From Octopus sinensis (lineage: Eukaryota): DNA of 64,000 nucleotides. Below are positions 41,104 through 54,230 of the stretch, piece after piece (position 1 is the first letter of the stretch; each line of letters opens with the position of its first letter). The translations under genes were made by a program, and so were the position numbers. The notes under the pieces were generated by a model. That model saw only the letters and a list, made by a program, of their open reading frames with translations, made no database searches and was not told the DNA's origin. The stretch covers positions 143,902,001 through 143,966,000 of the forward strand of contig NC_043000.1 in assembly GCF_006345805.1 (NCBI RefSeq), written 5' to 3'.

Positions 41104-42200
41104 GCACACACACATATACAAAATCATGCATGGAAGCATGTATACATACGTACATACGTATACATACATATTCATGCACATTAAAAATTGTTCACTATTT
41201 TACCGCATTGTGTTGAACCACTCTAAAATAAGAATGTTACTTCTCTAAACGCTGAGCATACGATATATTAACCCCAACAGAATCTGTTTATCTCCCATTG
41301 CTCTGCTAATATGTTTGAGAAAATTAATAAATAGCGTAGTAACCCGATTTTCTTGTGTAAAAAATTCGGGAAGTCTCTGATTAAAACCAGAAGTTTGAAA
41401 GCCCTAGCATCAGTGAACTGCAATTAGCGAGCCATATATGCTGGAAAGAATAATGAATCATTCATATTGCGAATCCAAATATCTGTATCCGAACACACTA
41501 AGCAACATTAATTAGAATGTTATAATGCATTAATTAACCAGATAGCTATAATGCTTTAAATATCCTCGTCTATTGGTGAAAGCAAATTACATTAAATCAT
41601 CTATTTTGGACATAAGCTTAACATTACTCCCATATGAGCAATTAGAAATCAACCAACAGTTCTAAAGTTAAATGCCGGCGATATAATTTCTGCCTTGGAG
41701 AGATTTCCCCTCCTTGCACGAATAAAAAATTATAGGGAATGAATTTTCCTAATAACACAGGTCCAAACTTAATTTCATTGTGTAGTAACTTAGATAATAT
41801 AACTGTCGGCATAGCAAGGGTTTAGGGAATAATATTAAAACGTTGATGTTTCACGGATTGCGAAAGTCATTTCTTCTTCCACATCTGAATTTTATATACA
41901 TGTAGCAGAGCTGTAGCCATAGATTTAGCTACTTTATTTATGCGGGTTGCAAATCTCTAGAACTGCGACAAAGTGAAAGTAGGACACCCACACAAAGACA
42001 AGACATATATAAAGGAAAACTGGAGTATATAGCACTCACTGAAGAGTATTTCTAAGTGGGTTTTTATTCTTCAATTTTTTTTGTAAACTTCAAAGTTAAA
42101 TAAATAAAATAAAGAAATGTAGCTCGCTCAAGAATTCCTTGTATCCATGAACAACTATGAATGTATCATGTAACTAAATACATTTATCTATCATAATCAT

Positions 42201-42420
42201 ACATACCGCCTTACCTTTGCACCTATGGTCTTTCTATCAAACATATGTAAGAAGAAGATAGGAATTAAAACTGCAGATACTCCCATACACACAACATAAC
42301 ACATCAACATACATACCTCCTTATCTTTGCACCTATGGTCTTTCTATCAAACATATGTAAGAAGAAGATAGGAATTAAAGCTGCAGATACTCCCATACAC
42401 ACAACATACCACATCAACAT
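42201..42420. repeat. Two-copy 110-bp tandem duplication
   Basis: 42201-42310 and 42311-42420 (ACATACC.CCTTA.CTTTGCACCTATGGTCTTTCTATCAAAC...CACATCAACAT) differ by a few substitutions. Confidence 0.9.
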
Positions 42421-42538
42421 AGAAACAGTGACTTCAAATATTTCTATTTTCATTGGATTAATATTTCATTTCTTCACCCCGTTCACGCTCTTTTCCTCTC
42501 ACTCACTATTTCAGTTTCTCATTCTCTCTCTGATTCAG

Positions 42539-42580
<42 letters not shown>

Positions 42581-43351
42581 TCTCTGCATCTCCCACCTTT
42601 CTCTCTCGCACGTCTTTGCCTCTGCACGTAATAAATTAATTCATTTCACCTCGCATTTCCTATGCATCCATGAATAACTGCACGTTTGATTGCACGCTGC
42701 ATTACGTGCATGCATAAACCTAACGTCTCTTCTGATCGATGCATTGACATTCTTTTTCAGTATGTGCTTACTCAGTGTTGATCAATACCTAACAAAAATG
42801 CCGCAAGTTTGTTTACTTGATTTAACTGCAAGCGTGAAAAAAAAAAGTAAAAAAGACAAAAAAAATTGTTGAACTTACATTTATATGTAAAAAAACCCAC
42901 AAAATACAAATATATACACATACTGTCTCGCTCTAACCGCTGTCTCAATATAATTCAAGCATGTGGGCACACATGCTTGCACGCACAAACACATAATCTC
43001 ATATACCAACTCGCCTACGCGTCACAATCAGACGTGCAGATGTAGAAATTCAAAGAACGAAAGGATATATTTGTGGCATGACAGAAGTAGATCCATTGGA
43101 TCCACACAGATTCAGGGAAGAATGTCAGCACGTGTGGATTATGAGTGCTTCTCTTGGGTGCGTGTGCGAGTCTGTGTGAACAAGCACACGATTGTATCTT
43201 TCTATACGGAACATGAAAATGATAGTCACTATTCTAGAACGATGAGTAAATGCCATTGATTCTTCAGGTTCTTGATATTGCATTCTATGAATGCATATAT
43301 ACCTATGCGTGTGTGTGCATGCGCGTTTTTGTATGAATATATGTATGTATG

Positions 43352-43369
<18 letters not shown>

Positions 43370-43400
<31 letters not shown>

Positions 43401-44259
43401 ATATATATGCATATGTATGTGTGTATATATACATACATATATATATGTATATATGTATATATATATAAGTATATATATATATATATTTATATATACGTAC
43501 TTATATTTACACACATATGTGTGTGTAAATACATATATGCATGAAAGCATATGTACGGGATTGTATCTTATTTTCTGACATTTCGGTGTCAACTGAAGGA
43601 AATAGGTCAACCACCAACAGGATCATCACACACATACACCTAACAAAAACACACTCACACACCTAAACAAACACACACAAAAACACACACTCGCATATAT
43701 GAATACATACTTATACACATACCACAGAACATATACTTTCGGACCAGTATTCTGCACTGTATTTTTTAAAACTTTTTTTGTGTATCTTCTCATGTATTTC
43801 AGTATTTTTCGTCTTTCTAATAAAGTGTAAACCTGAAATGTAAAATTCTGTTGAGAGCCACTTTGCACTTCTTTAGCTATAGTTCTTCGCTCTACGTTAC
43901 CGTGGTTTTTAAGCTGTTAATTCGATTATTTGTCTCCATCATGTATTATTTGCTTGTCTCATCTTTGCATCACGGTTAGCTCATGATTTTACTCATTTAC
44001 TCTTTGCACTTTTACTCTTCTACTTGTTTCAGTCATTTGACTGTGGCCATGCTGGAGCACCGCCTTTAGTCGAGTAAATCGACCCGACAACTAATTCTTT
44101 GTAAGCCTAGTACTTATTCTATCGGTCTTTTTTGCTGAACCGCTAAGTTAAATGACGTAAACACACCAGCATCGTTTGTCAAGCGTTGTTGGAGGAGCAA
44201 ACACAGACACACAAATATACACACACACGTATATATATATCTATATATATATATATATA

Positions 44260-44293
<34 letters not shown>

Positions 44294-44354
44294 ATATATA
44301 TGCATATGTATGTGTGTATATATACATAAATATATATATGTATATATATATAAG

Positions 44355-44388
<34 letters not shown>

Positions 44389-45134
44389 CGTACTTATATT
44401 TACACACATATGTGTGTGTAAATACATATATGCATGAAGCATATGTACGGGATTGTATCTTATTTTCTGACATTTCGGTGTCAACTGAAGGAAATAGGTC
44501 AACCACCAACAGGATCATCACACACATACACCTAACAAAAACACACTCACACACCTAAACAAACACACACAAAAACACACACTCGCATATATGAATACAT
44601 ACTTATACACATACCACAGAACATATACTTTCGGACCAGTATTCTGCACTGTATTTTTTAAAACTTTTTTTGTGTATCTTCTCATGTATTTCAGTATTTT
44701 TCGTCTTTCTAATAAAGTGTAAACCTGAAATGTAAAATTCTGTTGAGAGCCACTTTGCACTTCTTTAGCTATAGTTCTTCGCTCTACGTTACCGTGGTTT
44801 TTAAGCTGTTAATTCGATTATTTGTCTCCATCATGTATTATTTGCTTGTCTCATCTTTGCATCACGGTTAGCTCATGATTTTACTCATTTACTCTTTGCA
44901 CTTTTACTCTTCTACTTGTTTCAGTCATTTGACTGTGGCCATGCTGGAGCACCGCCTTTAGTCGAGTAAATCGACCCGACAACTAATTCTTTGTAAGCCT
45001 AGTACTTATTCTATCGGTCGTTTTTGCTGAACCGCTAAGTTAAATGACGTAAACACACCAGCATCGTTTGTCAAGCGTTGTTGGAGGAGCAAACACAGAC
45101 ACACAAATATACACACACACGTATATATATATCT

Positions 45135-45170
<36 letters not shown>
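43370..45170. repeat. Tandem duplication, two ~0.89 kb near-identical units, each ending in the 3' half of a family-A SINE
   Basis: GGGATTGTATCTTATTTTCTGACATTTCGGTG...GGAGGAGCAAACACAGAC is repeated with an offset of about 890 bp. Junctions lie in (TA)n/(TG)n. Confidence 0.95.
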
Positions 45171-45177
<7 letters not shown>

Positions 45178-46377
45178 TTTGATATGCCAGTTGAAGACAT
45201 TTACACATTTAATACTCTGTATTTTAGAAGGTCTTAGATGTTTTTCTTCTGCATATGCCTTCTATATCTCTTAACTCCGGAAACAAAAACTGAAAATATC
45301 CACTCGCTTCGCTACTCATGAAGGATATTGGTTTCAGGGAAAGACATGTGCAATATCATGTTAGAGGCTAAAATATGACTGTTAATAGATTTTGACATTA
45401 TTTTTTTCAGCTGTATATCGTTTACACATTTCGCATCCTGAAAGCTATAACCTACGCTTTAAATTCGTTCTCTCTTTGTATAAATTTGAAAATGCCCAAA
45501 AATGTCTCTTTAGCTTCAGATATGAGGAAATGGTCTATTCCGCAAATGACTTACGCGCTTTCAGCTTTTGAGTTAATATTTCATTGGGTTTAACCCACAC
45601 ACGTCTATTTGAATCACTAGTGATATATGTGAATTTTATTTAGTTATTCTTGTAATTTCAGTATGGTGAAATACATGGTGTTCTGAGTGCCTTAGCTGCA
45701 ATTGATAATGGTGCCCAGGTTACTGTCGACCGCCTTTGTTAAAACCACTATGAAATCAGAATAAAATGCGGTATGAAAACAGGAAGTCCAGTTGATACAC
45801 ACACAGCGGTATAAGTAATCTGCGAAAAATTGCACAACATAGAGACACAAAAATTGTAGCTTCAGACACGTCAGAAGATATCAACGCACTATTGGTTCAA
45901 AGAGCCGAAGAGAAAACCGAATTGATCGTCTTCTGGTGATTACAGCCATCAATATTCAATAGATTTGGACAACACGCACGTTCGTTAAGATAACGAAGAA
46001 ACTGAAACCATAATGCAATTTACACTAAGCAAGAAATAGAAATCGAAATGTAACGATCACAATTTCACTGAAAACACGCCGTGTTCAGCTCAGACTTTTT
46101 CGTTGATGGGAAGAAAATATAACTACAGACAGAAAATAAGTTGTAAATATTATGGTCACTCTAAAATAAAAACCTCGGAGTTGCTGTAATGGTCTTATAA
46201 CTGAGTATTTAGAACCATGGACAATGTGCTATGCGATATTTCATGTGGCAATTTAAAGTATAGTTTTCAAAGCTCACAAAAGTCAACCTTGAGTTACAAC
46301 AACCTTCCGAAATTGATACGATTAAGTATCTTTCCAGTGGAATTGAGTTAACTCGGTCCCATATATCTAGATTCTTC

Positions 46378-46509
46378 TTCGTTTTCTTCTTCTTCTTCTT
46401 CTTCTTCTTCTTCTTCTTCTTCTTCTTCTTCTTTTTCTTTTCTTCTTCTTCTTCTTCTTTCTTCTTCTTCTCTTCTTCTTCTTATATTATTATTATTATA
46501 TTATTATTA

Positions 46510-46555
<46 letters not shown>

Positions 46556-46644
46556 TTCTTCTTCTTCTTCTTCTTTCTTCTTCTTCTTATTCTTTTTTCT
46601 TCTTCTTCTTTTTCTTCTTTTCTTCTTTTTCTTCTTCTTGCTGC

Positions 46645-46682
<38 letters not shown>

Positions 46683-46731
46683 TATTATTTTATTATTATT
46701 ATTATCAATATTATTATTATTATTATATTAC

Positions 46732-46778
<47 letters not shown>

Positions 46779-46815
46779 TATTATATTATTATTGTTATTA
46801 TCACTATTACTATTA
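46378..46815. repeat. Compound trinucleotide microsatellite (CTT)n-(ATT)n-(CTT)n-(ATT)n
   Basis: Read directly. Confidence 0.95.
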
Positions 46816-47878
46816 TCGGGTCGATATATTGGAAAACAGAAGAGCGACAGTTTCAATGCCTTCCGGTGTTTAGATACTCCCTTTATTTACCTTTATAGAT
46901 CAACACCACAATGGAGCGGACTTGGTGATTCATCTATCTCACCCTGCTAAATATATTACGAAGCACTCTATTTTGGGCGGATCAATTAAATTGACAGCAA
47001 CGTTCCCCGAATATTTATGGTTTTGTAATTCATATTAAGATTGTCGTTGTTATTGTCTGTATTGTTCTTCTTAAGATGCTATATATTTTGTTGTTGGTCC
47101 CTCTATGTCCGACGTTTATTATCACATATGTTGGTTTTGTCTTTCATCCAACATTGGTCAATAAAGTGACATAAACCATAAACTGACGCTGTTTCAATAG
47201 ACTATAAACTTCCCTTAAAATATGACTTTCTATGATGTAACAAAAGTCAATATTATCACTTTTGCTGGGCGGTGGATCAGCAAAATCGTTAGAGCATAGG
47301 AAAATTGCCAGCGCTACCTAGTTACAGCGCTTTAACATCCGAGCTCAAATGTCGCGTGTCAGTATTGGACGGAATAATATTTAGTTTTGGGTCTGTCTAA
47401 CAGTGTATATTGATCTACCAAAAGATGAGGGTTTGTGCCTAAGCTAACGATCAATATTCCGCTAATGCGTGTATTTGATGAGGGAAAGAGTTGGCATCAA
47501 TATATGAAACTAGATTTATTTAAATATTTCACTCTTGAGCTATAGGTCCCACCCAACATATGTATAGGTTAATATGTATATATGTTTGTGTGAATGTATG
47601 TGAATGTATATATGCATGTATACGTGTGTGTGTGTGAGCATATTCACTCACACATTATATAGGTATGAAGCACAGAATGGGCGGTAATATTGCTTATGTA
47701 ACTCAAGTACAGGAGACATTGTGAATGGCAATCTCCAAACCATATATATGTTATATATATATATATTATATATATATATTTGTATATATACAGGCGCATA
47801 TACTCACGAGCACATATAGATATATTATGTATATATACATTTATGATATGAGATATATGCACATATATATATAAACAC

Positions 47879-47914
<36 letters not shown>

Positions 47915-47924
47915 ATATGTATAT

Positions 47925-47978
<54 letters not shown>

Positions 47979-48158
47979 TATATAGATAGATAGATAATGA
48001 TGTAATATATATAAGCATATATGAATGGATACATATGTAGATAAACACACAAACATATGCACATATACAAGGGGAGTGTAAGTATCTTCCCTACCAGTCA
48101 CAAGCTGTGTCTGTGTGCCTATGAGTGTGTGTGTCTGCTCCCGTGTTTGTGTCTCTCC

Positions 48159-48192
<34 letters not shown>

Positions 48193-49247
48193 TTAGAGAA
48201 TCATGTTTTCCCCTTTACTTCGCTTAACAATTATTCTCCTTAACAACGATAATGTGTGAAGTGCAAAGAAAAATGGTTGCTGATACAAAATAAAAACGAA
48301 TAATACAAAATAAGTATAAAAAATTCTTTGTATATTGCTGTAGTATCACTGATGTTGATAGCCGACTGGTGGGAGTTAAGGGTGCAATTAATTCATAGGA
48401 GTAATCTATTTATCTATTGATTGATTTCTTTATCAAACACTGATCTAATCGATCGATCGACATCTTGAAACTATATTTGATTTAACGATAATAATTACAA
48501 ATATATAAAACTTTACGTTGGTTTATGTTTTGTATCTTTTTTTTATGTTCGCCACAAAAAACACCACCACCGTCACCACCACCACCACCACCATCACCAT
48601 CGTCGTCATCATAATCGTAGGCAGCAGCAAAAGCACCCATCCGTCGTCTTTGCTTTTATCGATAATGGCATCAACAGTACTACTACTGTATTGCCCACCA
48701 CACTGCTTAAAATTGCGTAAACGTGTGAGATTTTGTATGGACACATTTGTGCGTCTGCGTGATGAAAGAAATGCGAGTGATTATATACGTGTGTTTATGT
48801 GCATGTATATCATACAAGATTGCTATATTTATGTTGAGAATTCGAAATGTTCCCAAAATTATCTTAGGTTCAATAGAATCGTTAGCCTGTTTTGCATTTT
48901 TTTTTTTGTTTTTTTATGAATGCCCATTGTCAGCGTAACCAATTGTGTTACTTAAGGATTTGCTGCGGTAAGCAAGCAAGATATTTTGAGAAGTTATTTC
49001 TAATTTAGTCTGGTTATTAATTTCAAACTGTTGTCAATATGTTCTTAAGTATTTATATACAAACATAAATACTACAATCTTATATGCTATTGTTCGAGAT
49101 TGATTGATTTTATTTGAAACTTTTCATAACATCTAATTCACGGAGTACACACAAAGCAGCGAGAAGTCAAGTAATTGCATATCTATTTATTCCTCTGTTT
49201 ATTCCCAATATTTTCTTCTTCAGATTCGAACGTGAATATTTTGATCA

Positions 49248-49278
<31 letters not shown>

Positions 49279-49289
49279 CTCTCTCTTTT

Positions 49290-49483
49290 ACTCGTTTACT
49301 TGTTTCAGTCATTTGACTGCGGCCATGCTGCAGCACCGCCTTTAGTCGAGCAAATCGACCCCGGGACTTATTCTTTGTAAGCCCAGTAATTATTCTATCG
49401 GTCTCTTTTGCCGAACTGCTAAGTGACGAGGACGTAAACACACCAGCATCGGTTGTCAAGCAATGCTAGGGGGACAAACACAG

Positions 49484-49519
<36 letters not shown>

Positions 49520-49695
49520 CTACATATATACGACAGGCTTCTTTCAGTTTCCGTCTACCAAATCCACTCACAAGGCATTGGTCGGCCCGAGGCTATAGCA
49601 AAAGACACTTGCCCAAGATGCCACGCAGTGGGACTGAACCCGGAACCATGTGGTTGGTTAGCAAGCTACTTACCACACAGCCACTCCTGCGCCTG
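49290..49695 (-). mobile_element. Family-A tRNA-SINE, full length
   Basis: Same head, central block, internal microsatellite and tail as 13697-14151. Confidence 0.9.
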
Positions 49696-50935
49696 TTTTA
49701 TTTTTCATTGAAGAACAGCTCCCTTAAAACAATAAGTAATACATAATCCGTTGACACGAGGGGTATTTTGAGTACACATGAAGGACCATCATCGGTTTGG
49801 TACTCATCGGCTCACTGCAAACAATTTGTTTTGTGATTTTTACAAGCAAGGCGATGCACTTGTTTTAAGCGTATTGATCTGGGCGTTGCTTCCACTAAGG
49901 AAACACACAATTTGTCAAAAGATTGAGATGCTTCTAAATACCTTTTTACCTTGTGTGATATGGACATACATTGTCTTAATGGAAGTGCTATTTTCCGATG
50001 AAGGAGTACAACAGTGATCAGAATATTCACTTTCGGTTCTACCACGAATTATTGAGAATCGAAAAAATACGTTATATTCTCAACGGTTTTAATTGGGAAA
50101 AATCAAAACCGTCATCTCAATGACTAAGAAAAATACACACCATAGGAGGACTGATGATTTATTTGGGTTAGTACCGAAGCAATACACACGAATATGCACA
50201 CGCACACTGTTACACATACATTGAGTCACATGCGCATATCAGCAAAAGCATTGCCCCAACACAAACAAAAAATAGAGTTCCATCGATTGGCAAGTGTTCA
50301 TAGTAACAAACTTAATAGTTTATAGATTATGTATTTATCGCTTCTACAATGACCTATGAACTCTGACCTCTCTATTTTTACACTCATTTCTGTTTAATAT
50401 CCCATTCCACTTGTCTCTATATTCAGGACCGACTTCAAACAATTCATCCAATTCTTCGTCCCGAGAGTTATAACCCATTAAATTCTCTCCGCCTCACATT
50501 TCTCTTACAGTTGATCTGATTGAATATCGATTTCCATTAAACTTAACACAGAATGTTCTGAAAGGTAAATGTCACAACTCGAGCCAATTCAGAACAGAAA
50601 CTTACTTTTTTCACAAATACTAAGATTTGGAATCAACATTTATGCAACGATCAGACGTGAACTAAAACTTCCAAGACAAACTAAAACATGTAATCATTCT
50701 TTACGAAAGACACAATATATGAACATTTTCAGTGTGCCAATACAATTTCTAAGAATTTCAGCTAAGCGAACGCAGAACGTTAAATGAAAACAGAAAAGGA
50801 TCAAAGGACTTTCCCGAGCCATAGGTTTGTAAGGCCCATTTCTTGGAATCTGCGGTATATATATATATATTATATATATATATATACATGTATTTATGTA
50901 AATAAAAAAATTAGAATGAACCACCTTTTATCAAT

Positions 50936-51200
50936 TCAAAATGAACAATTAAATTACACCATCTAGAAAATTATACTTAAGTGAAATATTAAAATTAAAA
51001 TAACTATAAAATACCAATGATTAAGTAAATTGCAAAAGAAATAATAAAAACATATATAATCTACCAATTATATGTTTTTATTACGTTTTTTATTAATATT
51101 TTGCAATTTACTTAATCATTGGTATTTTATTGTTATTTTAATTTTAATATTTCTATTATATGTAATTTTCTATATGGTGTAATTTAATTTTTCATTTTGA
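50936..51200. repeat. Long AT-rich inverted repeat (fold-back), arms ~125-135 bp, 6-nt loop
   Basis: 50936-51060 is the reverse complement of 51067-51200 (for example AAAATACCAATGATTAAGTAAATTGCAAAA / TTTTGCAATTTACTTAATCATTGGTATTTT). The loop is CTACCA. Confidence 0.9.
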
Positions 51201-51744
51201 ACATATATATATATATATATATCGCCATGATTGACCGCTAGCCACTAAAGCTTTTTTATTTACACTTTGTTTACCTTCTCATATTCCCTTCTGTTGAAGA
51301 GCGTAGGCTCGAAACGAAAAGGACTTTCTCACTTTCCCGAGTGTTAAACGAATATACCTGTCTATTGTTTACACATCTGTCTTCGTCTTTTCTTTTTCTG
51401 TAAATTTCAATTATATATATATTTATATACGCACCCTTCCTTGACGGGATGTCGTTTGATTACTCATTTTCACGAGCTGAGTGAACACGATATGAAGATT
51501 CTTGCCCCAAAACACAACATATCCGATCCAAAAATCAACACCGGACTTATACGATAATTAGTTCATCACTTTAACTACGAAGCCAATTGCCGTCCCTTGC
51601 GTGCAGTATGTACTAAAACGAATAACCTGATATGTCTTTATCAGTAAACCTTGAATTAATAACCAACTAATCTTTTATCAACACAGACTTCTTTCTGGAT
51701 TTCCATTGTAAATATAACAATATATACGTATTAATATATATATA

Positions 51745-52130
51745 GGCGCAGGAGTGGCTGTGTGGTAAGTAGCTTGCTTACCAACCACATGGTTCCGGGT
51801 TCAGTCCCACTGCGTGGCACCTTGGGCAAGTGTCTTCTGCGATAGCCTCGGGCCGACCAAAGCCTTGTGAGTGGATTTGGTAGACGGAAACTGAAAGAAA
51901 CCTGTCGTATATATGTATATATATGTGTATGTACGTGTATATGTTTGGGTGTCTGTGTTTCTCCCCCCAGCATTGCTTGACAACTGATGCTGGTGTGTTT
52001 ACGTCCCCGTCACTTAGCGGTTCGGCAAAAGAGACCGATAGAATAAGTACTGGACTTACAAAGAATAAGTCCCGGGGTGATCCAGCATGGCCGCAGTCAA
52101 ATGACTGAAACAAGTAAAAGAGTAAATGAG
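51745..52130 (+). mobile_element. Family-A tRNA-SINE, nearly full length
   Basis: GGCGCAGGAGTGGCTGTGTGGTAAGTAGCTTGC..GGTTCAGTCCCACTGCG head and GAAACAAGTAAAAGAG tail. Confidence 0.9.
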
Positions 52131-52689
52131 CATATATATTTACTGCAAAGCCCTACTATATTCAATGCAGTGTGCTAAAGATCCTTAAAGCCTAAAGATA
52201 TTCCACCTTCAGACTCCGAAAGATAAAACATTTCACAAATTTATCTATTCAGAACTTCATAAACCTATCTGAATAACTGCCATTGAGACTACACCACTTC
52301 CCCTCCTCCTTTTCTTTTCTGCATCTTTTCCTATTTTCCTAAATAGCTGCTTACCATAAACTAAACTCAGTAATATCCACCTAACAATTTGCAGTTAAAT
52401 CACTCGACAAACGTTATAGTTTGTGGCATAATATAATAAGCTGTGGAATTCTCTATTGCGCTAACGACATCCATATTTCAATGTCTACAATAAGTCAGTG
52501 TCAAGTAAGGAAAAATAACCACATGTACATACACTTAACTGCTTCACATTTATTATAGGTTTTGTTTCACTTGCATCAGTCAATCGTTAGTAAATTTCAC
52601 TAACATGTTTTCTGAGATGATGCAGTATCACAATTAACGACTACTACTACTACAATGATAATATTAATGCTTTCGAATATTGCCACAAA

Positions 52690-52890
52690 GGCAATCGCTG
52701 CACTTTTTGGTGAAAGGTTATAAAACGATTACATCAACACCAGTGTTTCACTGGTATTTAATTTATCGACTCCGAAAATATGAAAGGCAAGGTCGACCGC
52801 AGCGGAATTTGAACTCAGAACGTAGCGACGGTGTGAAATACCGATAAACATTTCGTCCAATGTGCTTACGATTCTGCCAGCTCGCCGCCT
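52690..52890 (-). mobile_element. Family-B SINE
   Basis: TTTATCGAC..GAAAGGCAAGGTCGAC..GCGGAATTTGAACTCAG..TTCTGCCAGCTCGCCGCC. Confidence 0.85.
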
Positions 52891-53024
52891 TAATGACGAT
52901 AGCAATAATAATAGTAACAGTAATGATGATGATGATCATCTCATCATCATAATAATAATCGGCAAAGTAAGAAAGAAGGTGCATGCTAATCGCCATAGTA
53001 TACCCCGGTAACAACATGATCAAT

Positions 53025-53345
53025 GTAAAAGAGGAAAAACATGAAAACATCTATGACGATTTCAAGTGACAAATACGAAGTTTATAGTCAATGGAAAGAG
53101 AGTGGACGTGGTACGAATAGTAATTGGTGCACTTGGAAGTAACAGCACTCAACCAGAAACGTGGCTGAAAAAAATCGGTACAAATGGGAAGGTAGAATAT
53201 CTACAAAAATCAGCATTGCTTGGAACTGCAAGAATTTTCCACAGGGCTCCTGAGGAATGACCAGTAATATGTGTCCCATTTTTTTTACTGTGGACAGCTG
53301 ACACCTTCCATCATACCCGTGGAAATAAACGGTGAGTTTTCATAC
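53025..53345 (+). mobile_element. 5'-truncated 3' end of an R4/Dong-type non-LTR element, with (GAA)n tail
   Basis: Translation VVRIVIGALGS..ETWLKKIG..EYLQKSALLGTARIF is the typical RLE C-terminus (V+P+V+GALG; LQK.ALLGTARI). A short 3' UTR runs into the GAA tract. Confidence 0.75.
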
Positions 53346-53348
53346 AAT

Positions 53349-53545
53349 AAGAAGAAGAAGAAGTAGAGGAAGAAGAAGAAGAAGAAGAAGAAGAAGAAGA
53401 AGAAGAAGAAGAAGAAGAAGAAGAAGAAGAAGGCGAAGAAGGAAGAGAAGAAGGAGGAGGAGAAAGAGAAGAAGGTGGAGAAGAAGAAGAAAGAGAAGAA
53501 GAAGAAGAAGAGAAGAAGAAGAAAAAGAAGAAGAAGGAGAAGGAG
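53349..53545. repeat. (GAA)n-rich polypurine tract
   Basis: Read directly; it is the source of the spurious poly-Arg/Phe/Ser/Leu ORFs. Confidence 0.95.
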
Positions 53546-53559
53546 GGGTGAATCCCCAC

Positions 53560-54230
53560 ACACGACATAGATGGAGTAAGAAAATTAATGTTGTGTCATG
53601 GTGTGTTACTACCTGAGCAACGCGGTAGAATAAAGGTATGTATGATCATTGCATGGAAAAGGGATTGTTTCAACTGACGGAACAGAGTGTGTGTCATCAA
53701 GCTAGAGCAATACAAAATAATCTTGGGTTCACAGAAGTAGAGCTCGAAACCATCAAAAGACGGGACTTGGAAAATAGCAGCAGAGATAACGATGAAAATA
53801 CAGTTCTTACAAATAAAAGTAATCTCATAGCACAGGAAAGGAACACTGATGAGAAGCATAATGGTGACATGACAAATGAATAAAATACAATCTACGAAAG
53901 AATAAAGGCAAGACTACAGGAGAAAGATAGCAACATTATTTCCAACATTAAAAGGTTGACCGGTGGAAGTTGAAACAAGAAACGAAAAGTCTCAATGATA
54001 TTCTGAAATAATCAGAACAAACAACATCACAGAAACAAATAATTTGATCAAGGCAGCAAGTATTGTTGTAGCAGAGAATGTGGGTGTTGATGTCAAGAAA
54101 AAGAAATATTATGTGAGCTCCAAAAAGAAAAGAAAATATCCATGGTGGAAGAGAAGAATACAGGCAGGGCTCGATATGCTCTCGAAGTAAATTTCTGTGT
54201 TAGACCTAATAAAGAAAGGAAGTCTAGGCA
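53560..54230 (+). pseudogene. Degenerate N-terminal ORF region of an R4/Dong-type element
   Basis: Fragments WSKKINVV..CYYLS; EKGLFQLTEQSVCHQARAI..TEVELETIK; ITETNNLIKAASIVVAE; YPWWKRRI. These correspond to the W..E.N..VM.CYY, +TEQRL.DQ.R.I and PWWKRR motifs at the N-terminus of such ORFs (recognised from memory). Confidence 0.65.

Noticed and set aside
53285-53616. Poly-Arg, poly-Phe, poly-Ser and poly-Leu ORFs
   Set aside because: These are frames of the (GAA)n tract.
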